Assembly: GCA_963837955.1 (NCBI GenBank)
Contig: CAWIPH010000002.1
Coordinates: 1,600,001-1,664,000, forward strand
Direction of reading: 5' to 3'
DNA length: 64,000 nucleotides
Origin: an uncultured Verrucomicrobiae bacterium
Lineage (GTDB): Bacteria > Verrucomicrobiota > Verrucomicrobiia > Chthoniobacterales > JAFAMB01
The notes below the pieces were generated by a model. It did not search any database, was not told where the DNA came from, and saw only the letters and a list, made by a program, of their open reading frames with translations. Below, piece after piece: positions 40,536 through 51,314 of this stretch; positions within the stretch are counted from its first letter, which is position 1, and every line of letters starts with the position of its first letter. A program made the position numbers and the translations under genes.

Positions 40536-41653
40536 TCCATAGAAACAAGTTTCACGAAAGGTCGCGAAGACAGATGTTTTGAACAGGAGGTCGCAGAGGT
40601 CACAAAGGAGGTGATTTTTGACCCCAGAATAGGATCAAATGGCCGGATCTTCTGAAGCATCCCAGGTCTTGGTAAAGTCGGAATCCCTCTTTGAGATCTC
40701 TACGATCTCTTCGTTTAAAATCTCTCTTTGCGGGCTCCTATTGAGGAGAGGTCACGCCCTCTATAGAAACAAGTTTCACAAAAGGTCGCGAAGACAGATT
40801 TTTTGAACAGGAGGTCGCAGAGGTCACAAAGGGGGGGATTTTTGACCCCGGAATAGGATCAAATGGCTAGATCTTCTGAAGCATCCCAGGTCTTGGTACA
40901 GTCGGAATCCCTCTTTGAAATCTCTGCGATCTCTCTGTTTTAAGTCTTTCTTTGCGGGCTTCTGTTGCGGTGAGGTCACGCCCTCCATAGAAACAAGTTT
41001 CACAAAAGGTCGCGAAGACAGATTTTTTGAACAGGAGATCGCAGAGGTCACAAAGGAGGTGATTTTTGACCCCGGAATAGGATCAAATGGCCGGATCTTC
41101 TGAAGCATCCCAGGTCTTGGTAAAGCTGGAATCCCTCTTTGAGATCTCTGCGATCTCTCTGTTTAAAATCTTTCTTTGCGGGCTCCTGTTGAGGAGAGGT
41201 CACACCCTCCATAGAAACAAGTTTCACAAAAGGTCGCGAAGACAGATTTTTTCAACAGGAGGTCGCAGAGATCACAAAGAAAGTGATACTTGGCGCCGGA
41301 ATAGGATCAAATGGTCGTACCTTCTGAAGCATCCCAGGTCTCGGTAAAGTCCGAATCCCTCTTTGAGATCTCTGCGATCTCTCTGTTTTAAGTCTTTCTT
41401 TGCGGGCTTCTGTTGCGGTGAGGTCACGCCCTCCATAGAAACAAGTCTAACAAAGGGTCGCGAAGACAGATTTTTTGAACAGGAGGTCGCAGAGGTCACA
41501 AAGGAGGTGATACTTGACCCCAAAATAGGATCAAATGGCGGGATCTTCTGAAGCATCCCAGGTCTCGGTAAAGTCCGAATCCCTTTTGAGATCTCTGCGA
41601 TCTCTCTGTTTAAAATCTTTCTTTGCGGGCTCCTGTTGAGGTGAGACCACACG
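40536..41653. repeat. Tandem array of five 224 bp units, each with an internal inverted REP-like pair
   Basis: atagaaacaag recurs at 40539, 40763, 40987, 41211 and 41435. Confidence 0.97.
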
Positions 41654-41657
41654 CTAT

Positions 41658-41698
41658 CTAACATTCAACACATATAACAAACCTGTGTTGAATGTTAG
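41658..41698. terminator. Perfect 15 bp stem-loop downstream of the UDP-GlcA decarboxylase gene
   Basis: ctaacattcaacaca ... tgtgttgaatgttag. Confidence 0.55.
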
Positions 41699-41758
41699 GC
41701 TCGACCCCATTCGTAGATCTCCGCCAGTCCTTCTACCGAGAAGATCCCGTTAAATCCC

Positions 41759-42739
41759 TCAGTGAACGGGTTGGAGCGTCTCGATCTCTAATTTTTCTTT
41801 AAAATAAGAGATCGTCTCCCGAATTCCGGATTCAAAATCGACCTTTGGCTCCCACCCGAGGAGTTTTCGTGCCCGGGTAATATCGGGCTGGCGAACTTTC
41901 GGATCATCCACTGGCAGCGGTTTGGTGATTATTTTCGATTGGGCTTGGGTAATCTCCAGGATCTTATCGGCAAAATCGAGGATAGTCATTTCCTGAGGGT
42001 TACCGATGTTTACCGGTTCATGGTAGTCGCTCAACGCAAGCCGGGAAATGCCATTGATCAGGTCGGATACATAGCAAAAGCTGCGCGTCTGGCTGCCATC
42101 CCCAAATACCGTCAGGGGTTCTTGGTTAAGTGCCTGGCTGATAAATGCCGGGACCACTCGACCATCTCTCAACCGCATCCGTGGCCCGTAGGTATTAAAG
42201 ATCCGGACAATTTTAGTATCCAATCCATGGTAACGGAGGTAGGCCATGGTCATCGCTTCGGCGAATCGCTTGGCCTCATCATACACTCCGCGGGGGCCGA
42301 TCGGATTGACGTTGCCCCAATAGTTCTCGTTCTGCGGATGCACAAGGGGATCGCCGTAGCATTCCGAGGTTGAAGCCAGTACGAAGACAGCTTTCTTTTC
42401 TTTAGCTAATCCCAGGGCGTTATGCGTTCCCAGCGCCCCTACCTTCAAAGTCGGAATTGGAAGCTCGAGGTAGTCGATCGGGCTGGCCGGTGAAGCAAAG
42501 TGAAATACATAGTCAACTCGACCCGGTACGAAGATAAAGTCACTGACGTTATGGCGAATGAACTGGAAATCCCGGTTGTCAGCGAGGTGGGCTATATTGT
42601 CCGGAGAACCGGTAATTAAGTTGTCAATGGCGATAACACGGAATCCCTCGGAGATGAGGCGATCGCTCAAATGAGATCCAAGAAATCCCGCTCCGCCAGT
42701 TACGACCGCGATCTTCTTGGAAGAAGTAGTTTCAAACAT
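41759..42739 (-). CDS. UDP-glucuronate decarboxylase (UDP-xylose synthase-like)
   Basis: [35 protein letters not shown]. Confidence 0.93.
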   Translation of the reverse strand: MFETTSSKKIAVVTGGAGFLGSHLSDRLISEGFRVIAIDNLITGSPDNIAHLADNRDFQFIRHNVSDFIFVPGRVDYVFHFASPASPIDYLELPIPTLKVGALGTHNALGLAKEKKAVFVLASTSECYGDPLVHPQNENYWGNVNPIGPRGVYDEAKRFAEAMTMAYLRYHGLDTKIVRIFNTYGPRMRLRDGRVVPAFISQALNQEPLTVFGDGSQTRSFCYVSDLINGISRLALSDYHEPVNIGNPQEMTILDFADKILEITQAQSKIITKPLPVDDPKVRQPDITRARKLLGWEPKVDFESGIRETISYFKEKLEIETLQPVH

Positions 42740-42859
42740 ATATAAAGGATCTTTGCGGGTGCGAAATAACAGACTCCAGGATTGGCGAGACTGGGCGGTA
42801 TTTGTCCAAGCCGCCGCAATCCCTGTCCAAACTGCCAGATTTATCTCGCCGGTGTGTTT

Positions 42860-44374
42860 CTATCGTCGGCTTTCGGCTACGGCTTCGAGTTGTACGACTG
42901 CGGGCATAAACTCAGCGAGATCAATCCCGAGAGCCTGGGCAACGCCGATTCCATAGGCCGGATCGGCCCGGAAAAAATGGCAGATCTGCCGCACCTGAAT
43001 CTCCTGCGAAGTATTGCCTGCCTGCATGTGTCGAGCGATATTCCCGAACAGGCGCTCACGCTGTTCCGGGTTCATTAATCGAAACAGGTTACCGGGCTGC
43101 GTATAATCATCGTTGCCGTCGCGGTGATCATAGCGGGTCGCGTCTCCAGTGATGCGCAAAGGCGGTTCATCGAAAGCCGCACGTTGGACCGGGCCATTGA
43201 AGCTATTGGGTTCATAATTAACGCTGCCACCCCCATTGGCATCAACGCGCATGGAGCCGTCCCGATGGTAATTCATGACCGGACAGCGGGGCTTATTAAC
43301 CGGAATCAATTCATGGTTTACTCCGAGCCGATAACGATGGGCGTCAGCGTAGGAAAAGATCCGTGCCTGCAACATCTTATCGGGCGAGTGACCAATCCCG
43401 GGGACAACATTGGCCGGCGAAAAGGCAGCTTGTTCCACCTCGGCAAAGTAGTTCTCCGGATTGCGATTGAGCTCGAGGATGCCGACCTCAATCAACGGGA
43501 AATCGGAATGCGGCCAAACCTTGGTCAGATCGAACGGATTCCAGCGATAAGTTTCCGCTTTTTCTTCAGGCATGACCTGGACGCAGAAACGCCACCGGGG
43601 ATAGTTGCCAGCCTCGATGGTTTCGAACAGATCTCGCTGGGCTGACTCGCGGTCACCGCCGACGACGTCCGTCGCCTCTTGATCGGTATAAAAGGTATGA
43701 CCCTGCATGGATTTGAAATGGAATTTCACCCAGTACCTTTCGCCTTTGGCATTGATGAAGCTGTAGGTATGCGAACCATAGCCGTTGATCTGGCGAAAAT
43801 TGCGGGGCAACCCGCGATCGCTCATCAAAATAGTCACCTGGTGAAGCGACTCGGGTGAAAGGCTCCAGAAATCCCAGGCGGCGGTATTACTCCGCATATT
43901 GGTCTTGGGGTCTCTCTTCTGGGTATGAATGAAATCGGGAAACTTTAAGGGATCCCGAACAAAAAACACCGGTGTGTTGTTACCCACCAAATCCCAATTG
44001 CCTTCGTCGGTATAGAATTTGAGAGCAAATCCGCGGACATCTCTTTCTGCATCGGCCGCGCCGCGCTCACCAGCCACGGTCGAAAACCGCAAGTATGCCG
44101 GCGTTTGTTTTCCCACTTTGCTAAATACCGCTGCCTTCGAATACCTGGTGATATCGTTGGTGATGGTCAAAGTACCGTGTGCGGCCGATCCTTTCGCGTG
44201 CACGATTCGCTCGGGGATACGCTCGCGATTGAAGGTTGCCAACTTTTCCAGCAGCCAATAGTCCTGGAGCAGCACTGGACCACGCGGTCCGGCAGTGATG
44301 CTGTTTTGGTTATCTTCGACCGGAGCTCCGGATGCCGTGGTCAAAGTTTCGGGCGGAATAGGTTGTTGTGACAT
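42860..44374 (-). CDS. katA: Monofunctional heme catalase (small subunit)
   Basis: [38 protein letters not shown]. Confidence 0.97.
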   Translation of the reverse strand: MSQQPIPPETLTTASGAPVEDNQNSITAGPRGPVLLQDYWLLEKLATFNRERIPERIVHAKGSAAHGTLTITNDITRYSKAAVFSKVGKQTPAYLRFSTVAGERGAADAERDVRGFALKFYTDEGNWDLVGNNTPVFFVRDPLKFPDFIHTQKRDPKTNMRSNTAAWDFWSLSPESLHQVTILMSDRGLPRNFRQINGYGSHTYSFINAKGERYWVKFHFKSMQGHTFYTDQEATDVVGGDRESAQRDLFETIEAGNYPRWRFCVQVMPEEKAETYRWNPFDLTKVWPHSDFPLIEVGILELNRNPENYFAEVEQAAFSPANVVPGIGHSPDKMLQARIFSYADAHRYRLGVNHELIPVNKPRCPVMNYHRDGSMRVDANGGGSVNYEPNSFNGPVQRAAFDEPPLRITGDATRYDHRDGNDDYTQPGNLFRLMNPEQRERLFGNIARHMQAGNTSQEIQVRQICHFFRADPAYGIGVAQALGIDLAEFMPAVVQLEAVAESRR

Positions 44375-44418
44375 ATTTGCTTCTTTTTGAAGGATTGAAT
44401 TCAGTAGCCGATCCTTTT

Positions 44419-44467
44419 ATAGGTTTGAAATATAAGTTTCCTATGTCCTAGGATAGGAGCCGCCTAT
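44419..44467. promoter_or_regulatory. OxyR-like (LysR) binding site upstream of catalase
   Basis: ATAG-N7-ATAT-N7-CTAT-N8-ATAG-N7-CTAT versus the OxyR consensus ATAG-N7-CTAT-N7-ATAG-N7-CTAT. Confidence 0.55.
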
Positions 44468-44599
44468 GTTGGATCGGGGTGTTTGTTTCTTTAGCCATAT
44501 TTGTTAATCGGTTAGAGTTAATATTCTGTAATTCGGACATAATTTCGGTCTCGATCTAATAATAGTAAGCCGGCAGCTAGACATGCTGCCAGGCAGGCG

Positions 44600-45307
44600 C
44601 TACACAGTGCGGAGAGTTTGGTTAGTTTGCTCCTGCGTTCTCTCCTGGGAAGCTACTGACGGCTCGTGCAGTTTTCCCCGATTAACAACAAGAAAGAGAA
44701 ACGCTGCGACACTGGCACCCAGAAACTCGCTTAGCCAATATATCCAGAGATTCGCCCCGTTCGCCAGCCCCAGCGCAGCAACGCCAATGGCGACAGCGGG
44801 GTTGAAAGCGCCCCCGGAAATCTTTCCGACGGCAACGGCTTGAGCGAACACGGTGAAACCAATGGCGAGTCCATAGAACGAATTGCCAGCGGTGGCAGGG
44901 GCGGTTGCCACGTTCAAAACTGTGTAGACCAAAGCGAAGGTTCCCAGAGCTTCAGCCACCATCACCTGAGCTGCCGTGACAGTCGATGCCGCAGGAGAAG
45001 AACCATGACCGAGGAGAAACCCGGCCGCCAGTGCTGCGACGATCGCGCCGGTCACTTGGGCGACGAGATAAAGACTGGCCTCGAGGGTAGTACAGGCCCC
45101 GCGAATCCAGACTCCCAGCGTTACCGCGGGGTTATAATGAGCGCCACTGATGTGGCCCCCGGCGAAAATCATCACCATCAGTGAAGCTCCGATTGCCAGA
45201 GGACCCAGCAAGACGTGGTCTTGCAGTGACACGCAGCCTATAACGTACACCAGGAAAAACGTTCCGATAAACTCAACAATCCATTTTCGAAAAAGTGAAA
45301 CATCCAT
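44600..45307 (-). CDS. MIP-family aquaporin
   Basis: EFIGTF, SGAHYNPAVT, GGAFNPAVA; six TM segments. Confidence 0.95.
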   Translation of the reverse strand: MDVSLFRKWIVEFIGTFFLVYVIGCVSLQDHVLLGPLAIGASLMVMIFAGGHISGAHYNPAVTLGVWIRGACTTLEASLYLVAQVTGAIVAALAAGFLLGHGSSPAASTVTAAQVMVAEALGTFALVYTVLNVATAPATAGNSFYGLAIGFTVFAQAVAVGKISGGAFNPAVAIGVAALGLANGANLWIYWLSEFLGASVAAFLFLVVNRGKLHEPSVASQERTQEQTNQTLRTV

Positions 45308-45349
45308 ATTTCAGCGAAGTGTTTTGCACGATGGTGGTCAACCGATGGG

Positions 45350-45482
45350 AGCGGTTGGCCGACTTCTCATCCCTACGAATCAAGGCAGAAAATGGCTGAT
45401 GAAAAGATCCATTTATGCTTAAATGAGCAAGCCACTTTGCCAGGCCCTAAAAAACCAATTTGTCAGGAGTGGGCTTTCAACA
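45350..45482 (+). pseudogene. Degenerate copy of the mocR promoter and first codons
   Basis: Aligns to ~47965-48100 (gctgatgaaaagatccatttatgct identical; PKKPICQEWAFN vs MPKKPIFQEFALN); start codon lost. Confidence 0.75.
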
Positions 45483-45702
45483 ACAAACGATCCATTTTCG
45501 AGAAGGCATATTGCAACGAAGTGTTTCACCGCAGCCCTGGGTTCCTTGAGCCAGAGGGCCGCCTCCGCTCTTCGAGCGCGCCCGCCAGGCAATAAGGCCG
45601 CGCCATAGCGAAGCGGCGGCGGGATCAGGCTGCGGGTCCGTTTGCGCGATGGCGGTTAACCGATGTGGGTTGGCCAATTATTGCCAAGAGGATTGGTCCC
45701 GG

Positions 45703-45980
45703 AGGGACTCAATGAAAGTAGCCCAGTACGAAGTGCTGGGGTAGCATTAAAAAAAACGGCCCGTCCCGGACGGGACGATCGACGGTTGCTTACGCTGGTG
45801 AAGCCGCATACGAAAGGACCTGGAGCCAAAACACTTCTATCGTCCCTCGCGGGACGGACTTCTCTTGTTGCATTATTTCCCAGCACTTCGTACTGGGCTA
45901 CTTTCATTGAGTCCCTCCCTCCTTCGCGCCGAAGCTCGAAGAGCGACAGCGTTCTCCAGGCTACGGCGGACAAGCCGGGA
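45703..45980. repeat. REPIN/MITE-like element with perfect 38 bp arms and a second small element in its right end
   Basis: 45703-45740 is the exact reverse complement of 45879-45916; inner cgtccc...gggacg palindromes. Confidence 0.85.
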
Positions 45981-46147
45981 CGACTCCTCTCGGCACACGT
46001 CTCTCCCGCTTTAAGAGCACGCTAGAAACGATTAAGAAGCGGCGCAGGCAAGGGTGGCAAGACAGATGCCTAACCAAAAGCACTACCAAAAGACGCCTAA
46101 TTCGAGGACACTAGTAAAAACGGCGGCAACGTACGAAAGCACCCGGG

Positions 46148-46885
46148 CTAAAGCGGCCCAGGACAATTTAGCGAGGATCGAGGTGTCGACGGCCGTTTCG
46201 TACCTTTAAGAGTATACCCAACACCCCGGACCGTTTGAAGCAGCTTTACCTCGTGAAAATCGTCTATCTTTCGCCGCAGCCGGTTGATATAGACATCGAC
46301 TACATTCGTACCGGTATCAAAGTGGTAATTCCAGACCTGCTCGCAAATACTCGTCCGTGAGAGTACTCGGCCGGGGTACCGCATGAGAAATTCCAGCAAA
46401 GCAAACTCTCGCACGGCTAAGTCGATTTTCTGGCCGGCACGCGCGACCTGGCGAGTCAGCAAGTTCATGCTCAAATCGGCCACTTGCAACGTGGTCGCCC
46501 GGTTGCCGCTGCTTCGCCGGCTGAGAGCATTCACCCGTGCGACCAATTCGCGCATCGCGAAAGGCTTGGCCAGATAATCATCCGCGCCCGACTCCAGCCC
46601 CTCCACGCGTTGCGAAACCTCGCCGCGCGCAGTCAGTAGCATCACCGGAGTCGCGTTTTTCTTTTCCCTCAGCCGTCGAAGTACAGCCAGGCCATCCTTT
46701 CCCGGCATCATGATATCAAGGATTATAACATCGAAGGTTTCCTTGCCCGCTTGATCCATTGCCTGGTTTCCCTCGTAGGCTGTTTCGACCTCATAGCCGG
46801 CATCTGTCAGAGCTTTGCGGATGAAATGGCTTACCTGCTTTTCGTCCTCCGCTAGGAGGACTTTCATTGATTCGGTTCGATCCAT
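46148..46885 (-). CDS. OmpR/PhoB-family response regulator (CusR/CzcR-like), orphan
   Basis: LLAEDE, ILDIMMP, GADDYLAKPF, NVVDVYINRLRRKID, TVRGVGY. Confidence 0.93.
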   Translation of the reverse strand: MDRTESMKVLLAEDEKQVSHFIRKALTDAGYEVETAYEGNQAMDQAGKETFDVIILDIMMPGKDGLAVLRRLREKKNATPVMLLTARGEVSQRVEGLESGADDYLAKPFAMRELVARVNALSRRSSGNRATTLQVADLSMNLLTRQVARAGQKIDLAVREFALLEFLMRYPGRVLSRTSICEQVWNYHFDTGTNVVDVYINRLRRKIDDFHEVKLLQTVRGVGYTLKGTKRPSTPRSSLNCPGPL

Positions 46886-46970
46886 AGCGTCGACGGTCTC
46901 GTCCAACTTCAGCCGAGACCGTGAGTTCACTGCAGGTTTGCCCACCGATCCAAAAGGAGGTGTGGGCCAT

Positions 46971-47705
46971 CTAGGCAAGCGGTTCTGCCATCGTGCGCAT
47001 TTGGATTTCAATAATCCGCGAGCGCGGGGATTGTTTGCAGGCCAGCAGAACAGCGTCTGCCACATCTTCCGGCTCAAGCATATCCGATGTACTGACGCCT
47101 TCTTCGGTGCGTCCCCGTCCGATAGCGAATTCGGTCTTGACGCCTCCTGGACAGATAACACCAACCTTGATTCCGTGGGTCCGGAGCTCCTTATCCAGGG
47201 CCTGGGCGAATCCGACTTGGGCAAACTTCGTTGCACAATAGACCGCTTCGCCCGCAAAACCATAGACGCCCGCCATCGATGAGATCATGAGAATCGTGCC
47301 CTGCTTTCGTTGAAGCATGACCGGTACGGTGTGTCGGGTGAAAAGGAACGTTGAACGCACGTTCGTGTCCATCAGGTCGTCGTATTCCTCGGCACTGGTT
47401 TCGACGAGGTTTTTGTAATTCCCGGCACCGGCGTTATTAATAAGAATATCTATTTGCCCGAACGCTTGGATTGCAGCTTCGACCGTTTTTGTGGCTGTAC
47501 TTTCTTCTCTAGCATCGCCAGCGACACTGATCGCCTGCGTGCCAGACTTTTCTGCTTCTTGTTTAAGCTCCCCGAGCCGATCCTGACGTCGTCCTGTGAG
47601 GACAAGGCGCGCTCCGTCTTTAGCCAGGGCGCGCGCGCAAGCTTTTCCAATACCCGCAGTTGCGCCGGTGATTAAGGCAACTTTTCCAGTGAGTTTCGCG
47701 ATCAT
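46971..47705 (-). CDS. Short-chain dehydrogenase/reductase
   Basis: TGATAGIG, NNAG, YCATK. Confidence 0.93.
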   Translation of the reverse strand: MIAKLTGKVALITGATAGIGKACARALAKDGARLVLTGRRQDRLGELKQEAEKSGTQAISVAGDAREESTATKTVEAAIQAFGQIDILINNAGAGNYKNLVETSAEEYDDLMDTNVRSTFLFTRHTVPVMLQRKQGTILMISSMAGVYGFAGEAVYCATKFAQVGFAQALDKELRTHGIKVGVICPGGVKTEFAIGRGRTEEGVSTSDMLEPEDVADAVLLACKQSPRSRIIEIQMRTMAEPLA

Positions 47706-47808
47706 ATATTTTGCTTTCTTGTTTCTTCTTTGTATCCGTGAATCATACATCGTTCTAAGCAGAATGAGGTGTTTGCTCCCTATCCGAATGGACTAATCTT
47801 TCGCCGTC

Positions 47809-47962
47809 GATCATATTGGGTCGCGTCTCCGGTGATGCGCAACGGCGATCCACCGAAGGCTACGCGTTGCACTGGACCATTGAGACTACTGGGTTTGCAA
47901 TTAATGCTCCCACCACCATTGGCATCAACCCGCATGAAGCCGTCCCGATGGTAATTCATCAC
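47809..47962 (-). pseudogene. Internal catalase fragment (paralog of 43126-43279)
   Basis: [32 protein letters not shown] vs [32 protein letters not shown]. Confidence 0.9.
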
Positions 47963-48061
47963 GGTGCGCGGTTGGCCAATCTCTCATACACCTACGAATC
48001 AAGCCAGAAAAGGGCTGATGAAAAGATCCATTTATGCTAAAAGGAGCAAACCACTTCATAA

Positions 48062-49543
48062 ATGCCCAAGAAACCCATTTTTCAGGAGTTCGCCTTGAAC
48101 CCGCCGAAATCCGAGCAGACACTCCAAGAATGGCTGTTTCGGGAGCTCCGATCGGCTATTCTCGATGGTCGACTGCGGCCGGGCGCTCGCCTTCCTTCTT
48201 CTCGTGGATTGGCTCTGAGCAATCGTCTCTCTCGGAGTACGGTCACCGAAGCATTCCAACGATTGAAGCTCGAGGGCTACATCACCGGGTCAGTCGGCTC
48301 TGGCAGCTACGTCGCGGATAACCTCCCTGACGAATATTTTCAGCCAATCGAGGGGCGCTTAGGGCGGAGAAATCATGTAGCAACCAAGCAGGTGCGTACT
48401 GCCGCGACGATCAAAAAGGTGCTCCCGCTTCCATCCCGCCAAAGGTTTGGATGTGCCTTTCAGCCCAGCCGGCCGGCAGTCGACCAATTCCCAATCGACA
48501 CATGGACTCGTTTGACCAGCCGGGTGATGCGTCGTCTCACGGCTTCAGAACTGGTCATCGGTGATGTGCGCGGCGACTTAGGCCTGCGCAGCGAGATCTT
48601 AGCGCACTTTGGCCCCGCCCGTCAGGTGCGCTGCGATGTCGACCGAATCGTGATGGTCTCTGGGGTGCAACCAGCGCTCGATTTATTGTGCCGGACTTTG
48701 TTGCGTCCGGGCGACCCAGTCTGGTTGGAGAATCCAGGTTATAAGCGCGCCAGAAATCTGTTCCGAGCGGCTGGAGCAACGATCATCCCGGTGCCGGTCG
48801 ATGAACGCGGACTTCAGGTCGAACAAGCTATCGAGACCTTACCTGTCCCTAAGCTTATTTACCTTACTCCGGCACACCAGTACCCAACCGGCGCAGCTCT
48901 CGCGCTCAATCGGCGATTCAAACTTCTGACCTGGGCACGCGAACATGGCGTCACCATCTTCGAAGACGATTACGACGGTGATTTTCGATTCTCGACCAAA
49001 CCACTGGGATCGATGCAAGGTCTTGATGCAGGGGACTGCGTCGCTTATTGCACTTCATTCAGCAAACTGCTTTTCCCTTCTTTACGGCTCGGATTCCTCG
49101 TACTGCCAGATCATCTCGTTGAGCCGATTCTCGCTCTGAGAAATTCAACCGATCGTTACCTGCCTGTGGTTGAACAAAAAACACTCGCCGAATTCATGCG
49201 GACCGGAGAGTTTGGTCATCATCTCCGCCGGATGCGCGAGTTGTACGCTGAGCGTTGGTCCGTTTTTTCAGACGCTGCTCAGAACTTTCTTAGTGATTGG
49301 CTCGACGTGCAACGGACCGAATGCGGCTTGCAAACCGCGGCCTGGCTTTCGCCTGGAATTTCTGATGTCAAAGTCGCCGAAACGGCTGCTAGAGAGCATT
49401 TGGAAGTCTATCCGATGTCGACTCTCTATGCGGCCGGGAAGCGCCGGCATGGATTCTTGCTCGGATTCGGGGCGGTGGCGCCGAAGGAACTTCGTTCCGG
49501 AGCTCAACGACTCGCCAAGGTGCTGAGGGCGTTCAAGACCTGA
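48062..49543 (+). CDS. MocR/GabR-family PLP-dependent transcriptional regulator
   Basis: GntR HTH LRPGARLPSSR; TPAHQYPTG, EDDYD, SFSKLLFPSLRLG. Confidence 0.95.
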   Translation: MPKKPIFQEFALNPPKSEQTLQEWLFRELRSAILDGRLRPGARLPSSRGLALSNRLSRSTVTEAFQRLKLEGYITGSVGSGSYVADNLPDEYFQPIEGRLGRRNHVATKQVRTAATIKKVLPLPSRQRFGCAFQPSRPAVDQFPIDTWTRLTSRVMRRLTASELVIGDVRGDLGLRSEILAHFGPARQVRCDVDRIVMVSGVQPALDLLCRTLLRPGDPVWLENPGYKRARNLFRAAGATIIPVPVDERGLQVEQAIETLPVPKLIYLTPAHQYPTGAALALNRRFKLLTWAREHGVTIFEDDYDGDFRFSTKPLGSMQGLDAGDCVAYCTSFSKLLFPSLRLGFLVLPDHLVEPILALRNSTDRYLPVVEQKTLAEFMRTGEFGHHLRRMRELYAERWSVFSDAAQNFLSDWLDVQRTECGLQTAAWLSPGISDVKVAETAAREHLEVYPMSTLYAAGKRRHGFLLGFGAVAPKELRSGAQRLAKVLRAFKT

Positions 49544-49546
49544 GTG

Positions 49547-50842
49547 TTATCGATGTCCTGAAGCGGCCTCACAGATGGGGTTGTGAGTGAGTCCAAAGGC
49601 CTGCTCCAGCAGGTCAGCGGCTACGGAAAGCCCGTTCTTCTTGGCGATAGCCTTCTGGATCGAGCGCGAATTATCGCGATAAATAGGGTTGTTCAACACC
49701 TCATCGAGAAGCGCCGACAATTTCGACGCATCTAAACCGTCCAAAGAGGTTGTTTTGCCGGTCTTTTTGTCAGCGATTCTGGCAGCGACGCCTGGCTGAT
49801 CGTTCGTTATCGGAATGGCGATTTGCGGAACTCCTTGAGTCAGGGCTTCAAGCACGGTGTTGAATCCCGCATGGGTGATGCACACCGATGCCTTTTTCAG
49901 CAGCTCCAGCTGAGGCGCATTGTTAACGACAATTGCGTTGTTCGGTACAGGCCCGATCTGCTCGGGACGTAGTACATTGCCGATCGCAAGTACTAGTTGT
50001 AAACCTTTATGTTTTGAGACGGCAGCTGCGATAGCGCTGAAGACATCCGGGTTGCCAACTTGAACTGTTCCCATCGAGGCGTAAACGATGGGTTCTCCCG
50101 TCAATTGGTCCCACGGAAACGGGAAATCCAGTCGGCCTTTACCGTCATGGAACGGACCTGCGTAATGGAACTGCTTAAGCCAATGAGAGCTTTCAAAGTC
50201 AAATTCCTGAGGACACTGCGTGATCCAGGGCCGACCCGAGAACAAAGAAGATGGATCCTCCCAATTGGCTCTGATGCCGGCTCGCTCCGCTTGTACGATT
50301 ATCTCTGCGTTGCTACGGATGAGCATCTGAGTGAACTTTGAGACGCCCTGGCGGTTTCGTTTTATGGCTTCGGGCGTATTCAGGTGCGCCCAATCGTAGA
50401 CACATAGGGGAGTATACCCCGAATAATCGAAGTGAAGTGCGTTTGCCACAATGGCGTATGGCATCCCCAGACGCATTGGGATTATCTCGCCGTAGAAATC
50501 GTAACTATCGACTACGAGGGCATCAATGCCTGCTGAAGACAGTAGATTCGGTAATGTTCTCCACTTTACTTCGTTTATTGCCGCAACCACATTAACAGTG
50601 AACTGCAGACCTTCATCCCCTTTTAGCCTGCTAACTTTTCCGACTATCTCACCGGCTTTATCAGCCGAAAACTCTTTCTCACCAAAAGGGACAAATGGCA
50701 GATCGGCAGCACGAGCCAGCGATTCGACCACCGGCAGAGAAAACATCACGACATCATGGTTGCGTGATTGAAGCTGACGAGCCAGTGCGCTCATTGGATT
50801 CAAGTGACCAGTACCAGCGAGACCGATAAAGCCGATTTTCAT
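49547..50842 (-). CDS. Glycosyltransferase family 1 (MGT/CrtX-like)
   Basis: GHLNPM, YASMGT, APQLELL, THAGFNTVLE, NDQP. Confidence 0.93.
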   Translation of the reverse strand: MKIGFIGLAGTGHLNPMSALARQLQSRNHDVVMFSLPVVESLARAADLPFVPFGEKEFSADKAGEIVGKVSRLKGDEGLQFTVNVVAAINEVKWRTLPNLLSSAGIDALVVDSYDFYGEIIPMRLGMPYAIVANALHFDYSGYTPLCVYDWAHLNTPEAIKRNRQGVSKFTQMLIRSNAEIIVQAERAGIRANWEDPSSLFSGRPWITQCPQEFDFESSHWLKQFHYAGPFHDGKGRLDFPFPWDQLTGEPIVYASMGTVQVGNPDVFSAIAAAVSKHKGLQLVLAIGNVLRPEQIGPVPNNAIVVNNAPQLELLKKASVCITHAGFNTVLEALTQGVPQIAIPITNDQPGVAARIADKKTGKTTSLDGLDASKLSALLDEVLNNPIYRDNSRSIQKAIAKKNGLSVAADLLEQAFGLTHNPICEAASGHR

Positions 50843-51141
50843 AAATATTTTGCGATTCAATGACTTCTCGAAGTGTTCAGGAAACGATTCTGAAGCAGTG
50901 CTGATTAAATGGTACTAGACGCTAACATCTTGGACGTAGGTCGATTTTTGCCTCATTTGCCGTAATCCGTGTCCGAGTGACGGACTACCATCCCTTCGCG
51001 GAGCAGACTTTCATGCAGAGTGGGCCTTCGGAACGTTTTAAGCGGCGATAGGATGCTTGCGCGGGCCGCCGGCAGGTGAGTATTGCTCCTTCTTCCGCCA
51101 CAAGCAGGCCAGTGAAATTGTGGTCGCTTGGATTCCGGAGT

Positions 51142-51314
51142 GGGGAGGCGCACAGCCTGTCCGACATAGCTCTTTCTGATGCCTGGTGCAGAATGTTTGA
51201 GCGCGACGTCGGATCCTCGTGCGCCGCGGATCGCGAGGATCCGACGTCGCAGAAGCGCAGTGTCGTTGAGCGATGCATCGAAAAGCTTTGTCGGACGGGC
51301 TGCGATCCCTCCCC
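51142..51314. repeat. Nested inverted repeats (REP-like) with a perfect 17 bp central hairpin
   Basis: Outer arms 51142-51171 and 51284-51314; central gcgacgtcggatcctcg/cgaggatccgacgtcgc at 51203-51250. Confidence 0.7.

Noticed and set aside
40536..41653. CRISPR array
   Set aside because: Whole 224 bp units repeat; there are no unique spacers and no cas genes
40457..41664. Short ORFs within the tandem array
   Set aside because: The period is not a multiple of 3 and the ORFs shift frame and stop between units
46886..47263. Long N-terminal extension of the response regulator
   Set aside because: Overlaps the SDR in another frame; the receiver domain starts at about 46867-46885
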